A DNA stretch of 43,045 nucleotides. It comes from Candidatus Roizmanbacteria bacterium RIFCSPHIGHO2_02_FULL_40_13b (GTDB lineage: Bacteria; Patescibacteriota; Microgenomatia; UBA1406; HO2-37-13b). Shown here one piece after another: positions 26,405 through 35,477 of this stretch (positions are counted from its first letter, which is position 1; the number at the start of each line of letters is the position of its first letter). Made by a program: the position numbers and the translations under genes. The DNA is taken from positions 1 through 43,045 of the forward strand of contig MFZQ01000010.1 in assembly GCA_001789445.1 (NCBI GenBank). The letters are read 5' to 3'. The notes under the pieces were generated by a model that saw nothing but the letters and a program-made list of their open reading frames with translations, had not been told where the DNA came from and did not search any database.

Positions 26405-26461
26405 GAGATCCTGAAATAGATTCAGGCCTTGGCTCTGGAGCCACAGGCTCAAGAGATGACA
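26405..26461. repeat. YGTC-REP copy (reverse) interrupted by a 29-bp insertion
   Basis: GAGATCCTGAAATAGATTCAGG[CCTTGGCTCTGGAGCCACAGGCTCAAGAG]ATGACA versus the intact copy at 1745-1772. Confidence 0.8.
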
Positions 26462-26493
26462 ATGGATACTTCTTCTTGCTATACTGAACTCTT

Positions 26494-27678
26494 ATGCTTA
26501 GAAAAAATAGAAGTTTACTTATTATCGCCCTTATTGCGATGGTGAATATGCTGGGATACGGAATTATTATTCCGATTCTCTATGCATATTCAAAAAAATT
26601 CGGGCTTACAGATTTTCAAAATGGTTTACTTTTTGCAAGTTTTTCAGTTTGTCAATTCATCTCAACACCGATAATAGGACGACTTTCAGATAAGTATGGA
26701 CGGCGGCCCCTCCTCCTCGTTTCAATTATTGGGACGGCTGGTTCTTTTTTTATAATGGCATTTGCACCAAATGTTCTTTTCCTCTTTTTGGCTCGCATGC
26801 TTGATGGAATTACTGCCGGAAACATTCCAGTCGCGTTCGCCGTGATTTCCGATTCTACCAAACCAGAAGAACGTGCAAAAGCGTTTGGATTCGTGAGCGC
26901 CGCATTTAATTTTGGGTTTATTTTCGGCCCCGCAATTGCCGCAGTTACTGTAGGTATTAGCGCTTCGCTTCCTTTTATTATCGCAGGATGTGTTACTGTT
27001 GTTGCCGCCACACTAACATATCTTTATTTACCTGAAACAAATAAACATATGGGTGAAGTACGCCATGGAAAACTATTTGATTTTCCACGTATGGCACGCA
27101 CCCTTTTCGATCCAAATGTTGGCGCAACCTTCTTCATTTCTCTTGTCTTCTTCCTTGCGTTTGCGTGTGCTCTCATTTATGGATTCCAACCATTTACATT
27201 GAAAGTTTTGCACATTTTACCATCACAAAATGCAATCCTCTTTACGATGTTTGGTATTGTTGGGTTGATTTCTCAAACATTCCTTGTTGGACGTTTTTCA
27301 AAAAAGTTGGGAATCAAAACATCGTTTTCGATCTCACTCTTTTTCACCGCCGTTTCATTGCTTATAATGTTTTTCTCACGATCAATTCCCATTTTTATAA
27401 TTGCATCAATTATTCTTGGACTCTTTAATAGTTTTGTACAAACACTCATTCCGACAATCCTTTCCCAAGAAACTGATGAAAAGTCGCAAGGAACAATTAT
27501 GGGACTTAATGCGTCATATCAAAGTTTGGGTATGATTATCGGGCCAATTTTGGGCGGATTTATTGCAACAATTGCAATCCCTCTTCCCTTTTTAGTCGGA
27601 GCCGGATTAGTTTTAGTCTGTTTCTTTATGTCATTTTACGTCATGCGACCGGATGTAAAAAAAGAATCTGTGTTTTAG
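26494..27678 (+). CDS. MFS transporter, TetA/DHA1-like
   Basis: GRLSDKYGRRP motif A, ARMLDGITAG, GFIFGPAI; 12 TM helices. Confidence 0.92.
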   Translation: MLRKNRSLLIIALIAMVNMLGYGIIIPILYAYSKKFGLTDFQNGLLFASFSVCQFISTPIIGRLSDKYGRRPLLLVSIIGTAGSFFIMAFAPNVLFLFLARMLDGITAGNIPVAFAVISDSTKPEERAKAFGFVSAAFNFGFIFGPAIAAVTVGISASLPFIIAGCVTVVAATLTYLYLPETNKHMGEVRHGKLFDFPRMARTLFDPNVGATFFISLVFFLAFACALIYGFQPFTLKVLHILPSQNAILFTMFGIVGLISQTFLVGRFSKKLGIKTSFSISLFFTAVSLLIMFFSRSIPIFIIASIILGLFNSFVQTLIPTILSQETDEKSQGTIMGLNASYQSLGMIIGPILGGFIATIAIPLPFLVGAGLVLVCFFMSFYVMRPDVKKESVF

Positions 27679-28274
27679 GAAGTGGTGAGAAATTGATATA
27701 GCTTCATTCCAATAACTGATCCTATGAGTGGACCAATAATTGTTGAAGGTGCAAGCGAATTTGCTCCAAGCGCAACTGCCGGATTCAAAAATCCAGGTGC
27801 TCCGATCATTGAAGCAACGCTTGCTCCTAAAAGAAGTGAGCCGCCAATTACCACTCCTTTGACCATATCTGGCATCTTCCCCAAAACCGTTGCCGCAATT
27901 CCAAATGTAAAAAAGACTGTTCCAACTATTTCGCCAACCATCACAGCATTCAACCCCATCCAATTGAGCCCAATAATATCTATATCAAGTGACTTTAAGG
28001 CAATAAATGCAAGAATTCCTCCAATACATTGGGCGACAATATACCGTATTGCTTCTTGAGAGTCAATTTTCTTGATTGAAAAAAGACCTACGGTGACTGC
28101 AGGATTAATATGACAACCCGAAATACTTCCTATTGTGTATACAAATAATGCGAGGATAAGTCCGGCGAGAATGGGGATGGGAATGGGGAAATCGGTCGTA
28201 TTTGCCCCAAGTAAGAGTATGAAAGTTAATGAGAATGTCCCGATCACCTCTGCAAGCAATTTTTTATTCGCCAT
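27675..28274 (-). CDS. Aquaporin / MIP family channel
   Basis: AEVIGTF, ISGCHINPAVT and second FLNPAVA. Confidence 0.93.
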   Translation of the reverse strand: MANKKLLAEVIGTFSLTFILLLGANTTDFPIPIPILAGLILALFVYTIGSISGCHINPAVTVGLFSIKKIDSQEAIRYIVAQCIGGILAFIALKSLDIDIIGLNWMGLNAVMVGEIVGTVFFTFGIAATVLGKMPDMVKGVVIGGSLLLGASVASMIGAPGFLNPAVALGANSLAPSTIIGPLIGSVIGMKLYQFLTTS

Positions 28275-28359
28275 GTTGTGGTAATAATAATGTGATAGTA
28301 TCTATATGTCAATAGTTTGTTCATAAAATGTACACTTCGGGTGTGTATATGTGTGTATA

Positions 28360-28917
28360 TTAGTTGTTGTAGCGGCCTTTTAGATACTTTTCCAGCTCGG
28401 TAAGTGCAAATCGTCGAGGATTTGTTTTATCATAATGAGCTCGATTCATTTCACCTCTTGTTTGAGTATAGCCATCTGGAATAAATAGTACATCCCATCC
28501 AAAACCATCATTTCCTCTTGGTTTGTCTGAAATTGTTCCTTTTATTATTCCAATACAAACCTTCATTTCTTTTCCATCGTAAAATCCAATTCCAACCTCT
28601 CCCCGTGCCCTTTTATCTGTAAAATGTGAAACCATATCACAAATTCCCTCATATTTTATTTCTAGTTCAAAATATTTAATCAAGGTCCCCGGTAACCTCC
28701 CCATTGCTGAAATAACGAGAGAAACATCATCTACTAAAACAGGAGATTTAACAATAGAATACGCTTCGCGGAGTTTGTGCTCGACAACTTCCGTAAGATC
28801 AAGAGATTGAATTTCTGCAAGCTCAAGTTTATGATGTTCAACCGGTATTCCTAGATATCGGCTCATTTGCATAGCTTTTGAAGAATTTCCTGTGATAAAG
28901 GTTAGCTTTTTATTCAT
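28360..28917 (-). CDS. Ham1/RdgB/ITPase-family non-canonical purine NTP pyrophosphatase
   Basis: FITGNSSK, EIQ, VDDVSL, LPG and PRGNDGFGWD. Confidence 0.9.
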   Translation of the reverse strand: MNKKLTFITGNSSKAMQMSRYLGIPVEHHKLELAEIQSLDLTEVVEHKLREAYSIVKSPVLVDDVSLVISAMGRLPGTLIKYFELEIKYEGICDMVSHFTDKRARGEVGIGFYDGKEMKVCIGIIKGTISDKPRGNDGFGWDVLFIPDGYTQTRGEMNRAHYDKTNPRRFALTELEKYLKGRYNN

Positions 28918-28975
28918 GTGTTTATTTTACTACAAAGCCCGTCATTATAGGCTGGAAGTTTGGTAGAATTAGATC

Positions 28976-30046
28976 ATGAAACTTTCTGTCGGAATCATCG
29001 GCCTTCCAAACGTTGGAAAGTCCACACTTTTCAATGCACTCCTAAAAAAACAGGTCGCGTATGCGGCCAATTATCCTTTTGCAACAATTGAGCCAAATGT
29101 GGGGGTTGTGGAGGTACCGGATTCGCGGCTCGGTGCGCTTGCAAAAGTGATTGGAAATAATCCTCCGATTGTTCCTGCAGTGGTCGAGTTTTACGATATT
29201 GCTGGACTTGTGGCTGGAGCTTCTAAGGGTGAGGGATTGGGTAATAAGTTTTTATCTCATATTAGGGAGGTTGCCGCGATTGTACATGTTGTACGTATTT
29301 TTGAGGATTCAAACATCACACATGTATCTGAAAAAATTGATCCAGCGTCTGACATCGCAACAATTAACACCGAACTTATTTTAGCTGACCTGTCCACTTT
29401 AGAAAAATATAAGGAGCCGAAAGGAAATGCTTCAAAGGAAGACGTGGCCACGTTTGACGTGGTGAAAAAGTTGCGAGTGGCACTTGATACTGGGACAGCC
29501 GCACGAGATGTAGAGCTTGATGAGAAGGAACAGGAGGCGATTAAGCAGTTGAATTTGCTCACCATGAAACCAGTGTTGTTCGTGTTTAATACGTCAGAAG
29601 AACAGCTGGAAAACCCCTCCTCGATCGAGCTTCCTAAAGGAACTGAAGAAAGTATGTATTTTTGTGCAAAGCTTGAAAATGAGATTGTGGAGCTTTCGCT
29701 TGATGAACAAAAAGAGTATTTGAATCAATATGGACTTGAAGAAACAGGACTGAATCGACTCATTCAAAAAACATATGAGCTACTGGGGCTTATCTCCTTC
29801 CTAACCGCAGGTGAAAAGGAAGTACGCGCGTGGACCATTCACAAAGGAGATACGGCGGTTATCGCAAGTGGTGAAATTCACACAGATTTTATGAAAAATT
29901 TTATTAAGGCCGAGATTGCACCATTTGATGCATTTGTGCAATTGGGTGGTTGGCTGGGAGTTCGGGAAAAAGGAAAGGCAATTCTGGCTGGAAAAGATTA
30001 TATTATGAAAGATGGGGATGTGGTTGAGTTTAAGATTGGAGTTTGA
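28976..30046 (+). CDS. ychF: Redox-regulated ATPase YchF
   Basis: GLPNVGKSTLFNAL, NYPFATIEPN, DIAGLVAGASKGEGLGNKFL, EVRAWTI and IHTDF. Confidence 0.97.
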   Translation: MKLSVGIIGLPNVGKSTLFNALLKKQVAYAANYPFATIEPNVGVVEVPDSRLGALAKVIGNNPPIVPAVVEFYDIAGLVAGASKGEGLGNKFLSHIREVAAIVHVVRIFEDSNITHVSEKIDPASDIATINTELILADLSTLEKYKEPKGNASKEDVATFDVVKKLRVALDTGTAARDVELDEKEQEAIKQLNLLTMKPVLFVFNTSEEQLENPSSIELPKGTEESMYFCAKLENEIVELSLDEQKEYLNQYGLEETGLNRLIQKTYELLGLISFLTAGEKEVRAWTIHKGDTAVIASGEIHTDFMKNFIKAEIAPFDAFVQLGGWLGVREKGKAILAGKDYIMKDGDVVEFKIGV

Positions 30047-30071
30047 GAAAAGAAATCTCTATAATGATTAC

Positions 30072-30521
30072 ATGAACGTCCTCATTGCGTATGCGACAAA
30101 TTCCGGAGGTACCTATTTCGCCGCGCAGACTGTAAAAAAAGTACTCGAGGCTAAAAAGTTCAGTGTTACTACCGCAGAAGTAGAGGATTTGAGTCCTCAT
30201 GATTTTAAAAAGTACGACCTTATAATCCTCGGCTCGTGTAGTTGGAATTATAAGGATTTAGAGGGCCAGCTCCCGAAAAGTTTTGAAGAATTTGTAAAAA
30301 ACACTCCTGCAAACTCGTTGCAAAATAAAAAGTGCGCAGTATTTGGTTTGGGAGATAGTGAATATTTATATTTTTGCGGAGCTGTTGGAATTTTGGAGAA
30401 GTACATACAAAAAAACGGAGGAACGCCGATTACAGATTCACTGCGAATCGATGGATACTACAAACATGAAAAAGAAAATAATGAGAAACTTGAGAAATGG
30501 GTACATTCGCTACCTCTTTAA
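30072..30521 (+). CDS. Short-chain flavodoxin
   Basis: AYATNSGGT, LGSCSW and VFGLGDSEYLYFCGA; start MNVLI. Confidence 0.9.
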   Translation: MNVLIAYATNSGGTYFAAQTVKKVLEAKKFSVTTAEVEDLSPHDFKKYDLIILGSCSWNYKDLEGQLPKSFEEFVKNTPANSLQNKKCAVFGLGDSEYLYFCGAVGILEKYIQKNGGTPITDSLRIDGYYKHEKENNEKLEKWVHSLPL

Positions 30522-31186
30522 TCTTCGATTTTATACCCAAATCCATATACAGTCTTTATGAGTTTTCGCCTAAATCCCCGGTCAACTTTTATTCGTAAAT
30601 TTTTTACATGCGCGTCAACAATATTTTGAAACGCTTCATAATCACTTTCCCAAACATGATCAAGAATCATGGCTCGCGTTACTACTCGTCCAACATTAGT
30701 CATTAAGTACTGCAAGATTGCCATTTCTTTTCGTCGAAGATGTAACAATTTATTCCCTCGGCGTACTCGGGCATTTTCAATATCAAATTGCAAATTTCCA
30801 ACAGACAAAATCAATAGTTTTTTGTGTTTTGAAGTTCGGCGAATCAGTGAGTGGACTCGGGCAAGAAGCTCTCCTTTGTCAATTGGTTTGACCAAAAAAT
30901 CATCAGCACCTACGGTAAGTGCATGTATTTTGTCGGTTGTATGCGCACGTCGTGCCAAAACTAAGAGTGGAATCGTACTGTTCTCTAATCTGATTGCGTA
31001 ACACAACGTGTTTTTCTTTCTATTACAGATTTCAAAATCAATTATAATAAGGTCATACGTATTGATAAAACCTAGGTTTGTTCGAATATTTTTTGGGAAT
31101 AAAACGGTTATCGAATGTGCTTCGTTTAGTGCTTCGTGTATAATACACGACTCCTGTTTATCGTCTTCTATGAGTAGAATATTCAT
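30518..31186 (-). CDS. OmpR/PhoB-family response regulator (no adjacent kinase)
   Basis: LLIEDD, DLIIID, GADDFLVKP and wHTH VDAHVKNLRIKV...IKTVYGFGY. Confidence 0.92.
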   Translation of the reverse strand: MNILLIEDDKQESCIIHEALNEAHSITVLFPKNIRTNLGFINTYDLIIIDFEICNRKKNTLCYAIRLENSTIPLLVLARRAHTTDKIHALTVGADDFLVKPIDKGELLARVHSLIRRTSKHKKLLILSVGNLQFDIENARVRRGNKLLHLRRKEMAILQYLMTNVGRVVTRAMILDHVWESDYEAFQNIVDAHVKNLRIKVDRGFRRKLIKTVYGFGYKIED

Positions 31187-31294
31187 TCTTTCGCAAAAAT
31201 TCGAAAATAAAAGGAGAAGGAGTTTTTAAAACCGCAGTAGTTGAATAGTGTTTATGTACTGTCATAGTAGCATAATGCTGCCATAACCGCCCAT

Positions 31295-31322
31295 AGTATA
31301 ACTTATTCTTTTATGTTGTCAA
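31295..31322 (-). promoter_or_regulatory. Sigma70 promoter for the response regulator, followed by a 27-bp imperfect palindrome (31261-31287)
   Basis: TTGACA (31322-31317), 16 nt, TATACT (31300-31295); GTCATAGTAGCATAATGCTGCCATAAC. Confidence 0.55.
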
Positions 31323-31349
31323 GCGGTATTTATTGCTAGAACAGGCAGA

Positions 31350-32567
31350 CTACTTATGCTGGAGAATTATTCCGAATGGAGTAGCACGTCCTTGTGGAAT
31401 AATATACCCACCACTCCACAGACTCGTTGAGGCTCCACTATCTAAATTGAGCGCATTTTGCACACCAAGAGCTTTGAGAACATGTGCGACTTCCGCAACG
31501 GTCGCGTTTTGAACAACGCCAATATAAACAGTGCTTCCAGTTGCGCCGATGAAACTTCTACTTCCTTTACTTCCCCGTTTTGGCTCCCCATCACCATTAA
31601 AGACAATGTTTCCATCAAGGACTAAAAGCGGCTGACTTGTGATAACACTGTCAACTCCCGTATCCCGTCCCCATTGGGAAGATTGGCCAACAAATCGAGC
31701 TGAACTTCCCGAGAAAATAACCGCCGGAACTGAACTGTACACGTTATTATCTGAATTAAAGTAATGCTTTGCCTTGTTCATGATAAGCGTATCGAACGAG
31801 TTTTTCTTACCATCACAGCTTGGGTATGAGGCTGGGCAAAAATACGGCCCGTTAATTCCCGCAAAACCCCCACTACGGGTAGTGTAATCGGCAAGTGAAA
31901 GAACCGGACAATCATTCCCACAATCACCGTCAGACGCAGTATCGACGACGACTCTCGTCGAATTAAGGTCAGCAGAAACGATATCCACCAAATAATCTCC
32001 AATATCTGCCGATACCTTTTGTCGTCGGTAACCGGAAGAAGGAGGCACATTATTTGCAACTATATTTTGGGGAATTGAAAATGTGGAACTTACTTGAGTT
32101 TGTTGCGCTGAAATATCTGCGCTAAGTTTATTTAGTGTTGCTTCAGCCGAAGCATAGTTTCTTTTGGATAAGAGCTCGAGTGCCGAAACATATGCCTCAT
32201 CAAACTTACTTGTTTTTGTGCTACTTTCTCGAAACTTAATAAGCGATTCATAAACAGTCACACTTTTTTTATACGAAGACTCTATTGCAGAAATCGTTTT
32301 CTCCAAATCCTTATTACTCTTGTATTGATCCTGACTTTTGAGAATCTCTAGCTCTTTTTGCGTTTGCTTCATGGATGAAAGTGTTTGTGTGAGCTTATCA
32401 TCAAGTGCTTTTCCATGCGTATCGAGTGTGTGAGCTTTTGAGTTCAAGATCACTGTTTGGTAGGTGAAAAATATTGAGATTCCAAGAACAGTTGAAAGAA
32501 AAATAGAATAGAATAATCTGTTTCTACGCTCAACATCATTAAAAAGATCTATAAGTGCTTTTTTCAC
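31350..32567 (-). CDS. Membrane-anchored coiled-coil protein with phosphodiester glycosidase (NAGPA/DUF2233) domain
   Basis: N-terminal TM, coiled coil, GINGPYF, RSFIG and ALNLDSGAS. Confidence 0.8.
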   Translation of the reverse strand: MKKALIDLFNDVERRNRLFYSIFLSTVLGISIFFTYQTVILNSKAHTLDTHGKALDDKLTQTLSSMKQTQKELEILKSQDQYKSNKDLEKTISAIESSYKKSVTVYESLIKFRESSTKTSKFDEAYVSALELLSKRNYASAEATLNKLSADISAQQTQVSSTFSIPQNIVANNVPPSSGYRRQKVSADIGDYLVDIVSADLNSTRVVVDTASDGDCGNDCPVLSLADYTTRSGGFAGINGPYFCPASYPSCDGKKNSFDTLIMNKAKHYFNSDNNVYSSVPAVIFSGSSARFVGQSSQWGRDTGVDSVITSQPLLVLDGNIVFNGDGEPKRGSKGSRSFIGATGSTVYIGVVQNATVAEVAHVLKALGVQNALNLDSGASTSLWSGGYIIPQGRATPFGIILQHK

Positions 32568-32573
32568 GTCTGT

Positions 32574-33458
32574 CTACAGCTTACCAAAAAGCTGGGCGTG
32601 AAATCCACTAGATCGTTTTACCTGTAAATCCTTATTGAGGATACAGTATTCAAATTGGAAATTTATTGAAAAGTTTTCTGGCGGAACCATAAATAGAGCA
32701 GTTGCAAGCCCATCAGCAAGTGCTGCAGAGTCCGCGATTACCCAGGAGGCAATAATTTCTTTTGGTGAAGAAAGTGTTTGCGGATATATTATATGATTGT
32801 ATTTTCCCCATGCTCTTCGATTTGTTGCCGAGCTACACATGCATCCATATTTCATCTTTATTGTTCCAATAATTTGTGTTGTATTAAGCGGATTTTCAAG
32901 TCCAACAGTAATCTCTTTGTCATTTGAAACATACGAAATATCTCCGCTTCCGTTTACGAGAAACCGTTTTACCCCTTTTTCTTTTAAAAAGGAAGTTGCT
33001 GTATCAACTAAAAATCCCTTTCCTACTGCTCCAAAATCAAAAAGCACCGGCTCCTTCACTTTTATTGTTGTGGTATCGATGATCTTAACTGTTTCAAAAA
33101 GATCGGGAACTTTGTTGATCTTTTTTTGAGAAATCAGTGAGTAATCGGCATCATACCCAAGTTCTTCAAGTGTATGACCAATAAACGGAGTAAGCTTTTT
33201 CTCTGATAAATCGTAAAGTTTGAAGTAGAGCTGGAGTATCTGAATAAATTCTTCAGGAACTTTTATTTTCCCTGTTTTATGTGAAATCTTCGAAACAAAT
33301 GAGTTTTTGATGAATCGTGAGTAGGTATTGTCAAACTCATGAGACTTATGAGTAATTTCTGAAGTGATACTGGTAAAAGCATCCTCTTTAATCTGGTCCC
33401 AAATGCTTATTTCCCACGTTGTCCCCATACTTTCATAGGCAAGTTTTTGGGGAAGCAT
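32574..33458 (-). CDS. apbE: FAD:protein FMN transferase ApbE
   Basis: MGT, DFGAVGKGFLVD, VNGSGD, SS, HII.P and ADGLATALF. Confidence 0.92.
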   Translation of the reverse strand: MLPQKLAYESMGTTWEISIWDQIKEDAFTSITSEITHKSHEFDNTYSRFIKNSFVSKISHKTGKIKVPEEFIQILQLYFKLYDLSEKKLTPFIGHTLEELGYDADYSLISQKKINKVPDLFETVKIIDTTTIKVKEPVLFDFGAVGKGFLVDTATSFLKEKGVKRFLVNGSGDISYVSNDKEITVGLENPLNTTQIIGTIKMKYGCMCSSATNRRAWGKYNHIIYPQTLSSPKEIIASWVIADSAALADGLATALFMVPPENFSINFQFEYCILNKDLQVKRSSGFHAQLFGKL

Positions 33459-33463
33459 ATTTT

Positions 33464-33916
33464 TTATGCTTTTGCTTGGGCTTTTATCTTTTCAAGTGCG
33501 TCCATAAATCCTTTTGGAGTGAGGGATGAACCGTTGACAACAGTGAGTGCGATTGAATCGATAGGTTTCCCAACTACTTTTTCACTAAATCCTGCCTTGA
33601 AAAGACCTTGCATTCTTTTTGTGGTGGTGTGTGTACCAAGACCCGTAAACTGTGCAGATGCGACGATGTCATCCTTAAGTGTCATCGTAATATCGATTTG
33701 CTCCGGACCATTTGGGGAAACATACCCCCCTTTTGCTTCATAGGTGCCATTTTTATATGTTGATTGTGTAGTTTCGTCAGGAGTTGTTGTCTCTATTGTC
33801 ACTGTATTTTTTTCTTCAATACCTACTGTTGGTTTTTTATTCAAACCAAATTGCCAAAAACCAAATCCGATAAGTGCAACAACGATAAGACCTATAATAA
33901 CGTATTTTGTATTCAT
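33464..33916 (-). CDS. Membrane-anchored FMN-binding (FMN_bind-like) protein, probable ApbE substrate
   Basis: N-terminal TM; YKNGTY..Y.SPNG..I.ITMTL; VNGSSLT variant of the [S/T]GA[S/T] motif; start MNTKY. Confidence 0.8.
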   Translation of the reverse strand: MNTKYVIIGLIVVALIGFGFWQFGLNKKPTVGIEEKNTVTIETTTPDETTQSTYKNGTYEAKGGYVSPNGPEQIDITMTLKDDIVASAQFTGLGTHTTTKRMQGLFKAGFSEKVVGKPIDSIALTVVNGSSLTPKGFMDALEKIKAQAKA

Positions 33917-33942
33917 GAATCTGATTATACTATACTTTATAT
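33917..33942. promoter_or_regulatory. Compact bidirectional promoter (two back-to-back -10 boxes in 26 bp)
   Basis: TATAAT on the minus strand (33929-33924) 7 nt before ATG 33916; TATACT on the plus strand (33931-33936) 6 nt before ATG 33943. Confidence 0.6.
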
Positions 33943-34851
33943 ATGCTTGAAATGCTAAAAAAGTTTGCAAATCTAAAAAATCCGCTTTTCCAATTTTTCC
34001 TCTATCTTCTGGCGTTTGCGTTTCTTTCAACATTCGATCTTTTCATTTCTGGATCTGGGCAGAAAGAAATAATTCAGTATGGATCAAATTTTGCAGTAAC
34101 CGTTGTAAGCGCCCTCGTTGTATATTATTTCGTTCGTTTCAAGTTGAACTTTGTAACTAGTAATCCATTTAATTTTTTCATTTCTTGTTTGATTGCGTAT
34201 TTACTTCTCCATCCAACAAACCCGTGGTGGTTTTTTGTGATAACGGTTCTATCGATCGCCGTTGGAAAGTATTTTGTGAAATTTAATAATATGCCGATTT
34301 TTAATCCAGCCGCCCTGGGAATTGTATTGGCGACAATAATAACGAGAGTTCTCTTTCTTTTAAAACTTGCACCAGATTATGTACTCGTTTCGTGGTGGGG
34401 AACGGATATGACCCAACAATTTTTGACCAAAACTCCCTTATTTTATATAGTTGCCGCACTGCTACTTCTTCGATTTATGTACTTTTCCCACAAATTTAGA
34501 AAACTGTATTACATGGCAACTTTTTGGATAGTGTACGTAGCATTCATCATCGTATACAGCGTACTGACAAATAATCAAAGCGTTCTAACAATCAATTCGT
34601 TTGCGATGATGGTATTTGTAACCACTGGATTTTTTTCGTTTGTGATGCTCACCGAGCCAAAAACTTCACCTATTTTCAGCAATCAACAAATTATTGTGGG
34701 AATTTTAGCCGCAGTATTCTTATTTGCAAACAATACATTTTTCGCCTCGCTCCCCATCGATCCATTTTTGAACACTGTTCTTGCGGCAAATTTGATGGTA
34801 TTTGTGTTTGGGTACTTTAGAAAGTTGACTTCAGGAATAGCCGAAGGTTGA
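33943..34851 (+). CDS. RnfD/NqrB-family membrane protein
   Basis: GKY....PIFNPAA, SWWG and MLTEPKTSP motifs; about 10 TM helices; adjacent to FMN-bind and apbE. Confidence 0.8.
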   Translation: MLEMLKKFANLKNPLFQFFLYLLAFAFLSTFDLFISGSGQKEIIQYGSNFAVTVVSALVVYYFVRFKLNFVTSNPFNFFISCLIAYLLLHPTNPWWFFVITVLSIAVGKYFVKFNNMPIFNPAALGIVLATIITRVLFLLKLAPDYVLVSWWGTDMTQQFLTKTPLFYIVAALLLLRFMYFSHKFRKLYYMATFWIVYVAFIIVYSVLTNNQSVLTINSFAMMVFVTTGFFSFVMLTEPKTSPIFSNQQIIVGILAAVFLFANNTFFASLPIDPFLNTVLAANLMVFVFGYFRKLTSGIAEG

Positions 34852-34852
34852 G

Positions 34853-35152
34853 TTATTTAGATGGAGTTTTCTCGATAGAAGCTCGTTCAATAAGCCACAT
34901 TCGTGCTAAAGTTGTTGGATTTATTCCTTTGGATCTGGCTACTTTTTCAATTTTTTCTTTTATTGATACTTGAATTCGAATCGACATAGTAGCCTCTTTT
35001 TCAGGCTCGATTAATGGTAGTTCGGATAAAGGTGTCTTGGGATTATCAAATAAAGGTGAAGTATCATGTGTATCCCAGAAATCAGCTTCTTCATCTAAGG
35101 TTTTGAATGGTTTAATTGGTTTGGGTTTATAGATAGTTTTTTTCTTTGCCAT
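34853..35152 (-). CDS. Orphan BrnA/CopG-like (RHH) antitoxin
   Basis: PFKTLDEEADFWDTHD and MSIRI...ARSKGINPTTLARMWLIE; start MAKKK. Confidence 0.8.
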   Translation of the reverse strand: MAKKKTIYKPKPIKPFKTLDEEADFWDTHDTSPLFDNPKTPLSELPLIEPEKEATMSIRIQVSIKEKIEKVARSKGINPTTLARMWLIERASIEKTPSK

Positions 35153-35158
35153 ATAAGG

Positions 35159-35187
35159 AGTGTATGACATTGTCATACATTTGTCAA
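35159..35187 (-). promoter_or_regulatory. Promoter with perfect 19-bp palindromic operator for the orphan antitoxin
   Basis: TTGACA-17-TACACT, ATG 6 nt later; TGTATGACA-T-TGTCATACA at 35161-35179. Confidence 0.8.
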
Positions 35188-35195
35188 GTGGTAAA

Positions 35196-35378
35196 TTAGA
35201 GCATTTCTCCATCATCCCCAATATCCCAATCAATTTCTCCACTCTCCTCCTTTCTTTTCTCGAATGAGATTTTGAGTTCGACGACCGAGATTTCTCGATC
35301 TTGATCTTCGGCCAATGTCATGGCACGGCACGCCGGACAATCAGTACACCTCCCGAAAGAGAAATCATTTTTTTTCAT
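35196..35378 (-). CDS. Small hypothetical protein (60 aa) with CxxCxxC
   Basis: TACAAT 8 nt before the ATG; CTDCPAC; acidic tail partly encoded by low-complexity DNA. Confidence 0.4.
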   Translation of the reverse strand: MKKNDFSFGRCTDCPACRAMTLAEDQDREISVVELKISFEKRKEESGEIDWDIGDDGEML

Positions 35379-35408
35379 ATGCGAGGATTGTACGAAAGAC
35401 TCTTTTAT

Positions 35409-35417
35409 TTATCCACA
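35409..35417 (+). promoter_or_regulatory. Consensus DnaA box
   Basis: TTATCCACA in an intergenic region; only one box seen here. Confidence 0.4.
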
Positions 35418-35477
35418 GCATACATGCCGCAAAAGTGAGGTTTTAGATTGTTAGGAAAGGATTATTTTGAGCTTATA

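Noticed and set aside
35409-35417. Replication origin
   Set aside because: Only one DnaA box in a short intergenic space; no dnaA/dnaN or box cluster was seen, including near rpmH
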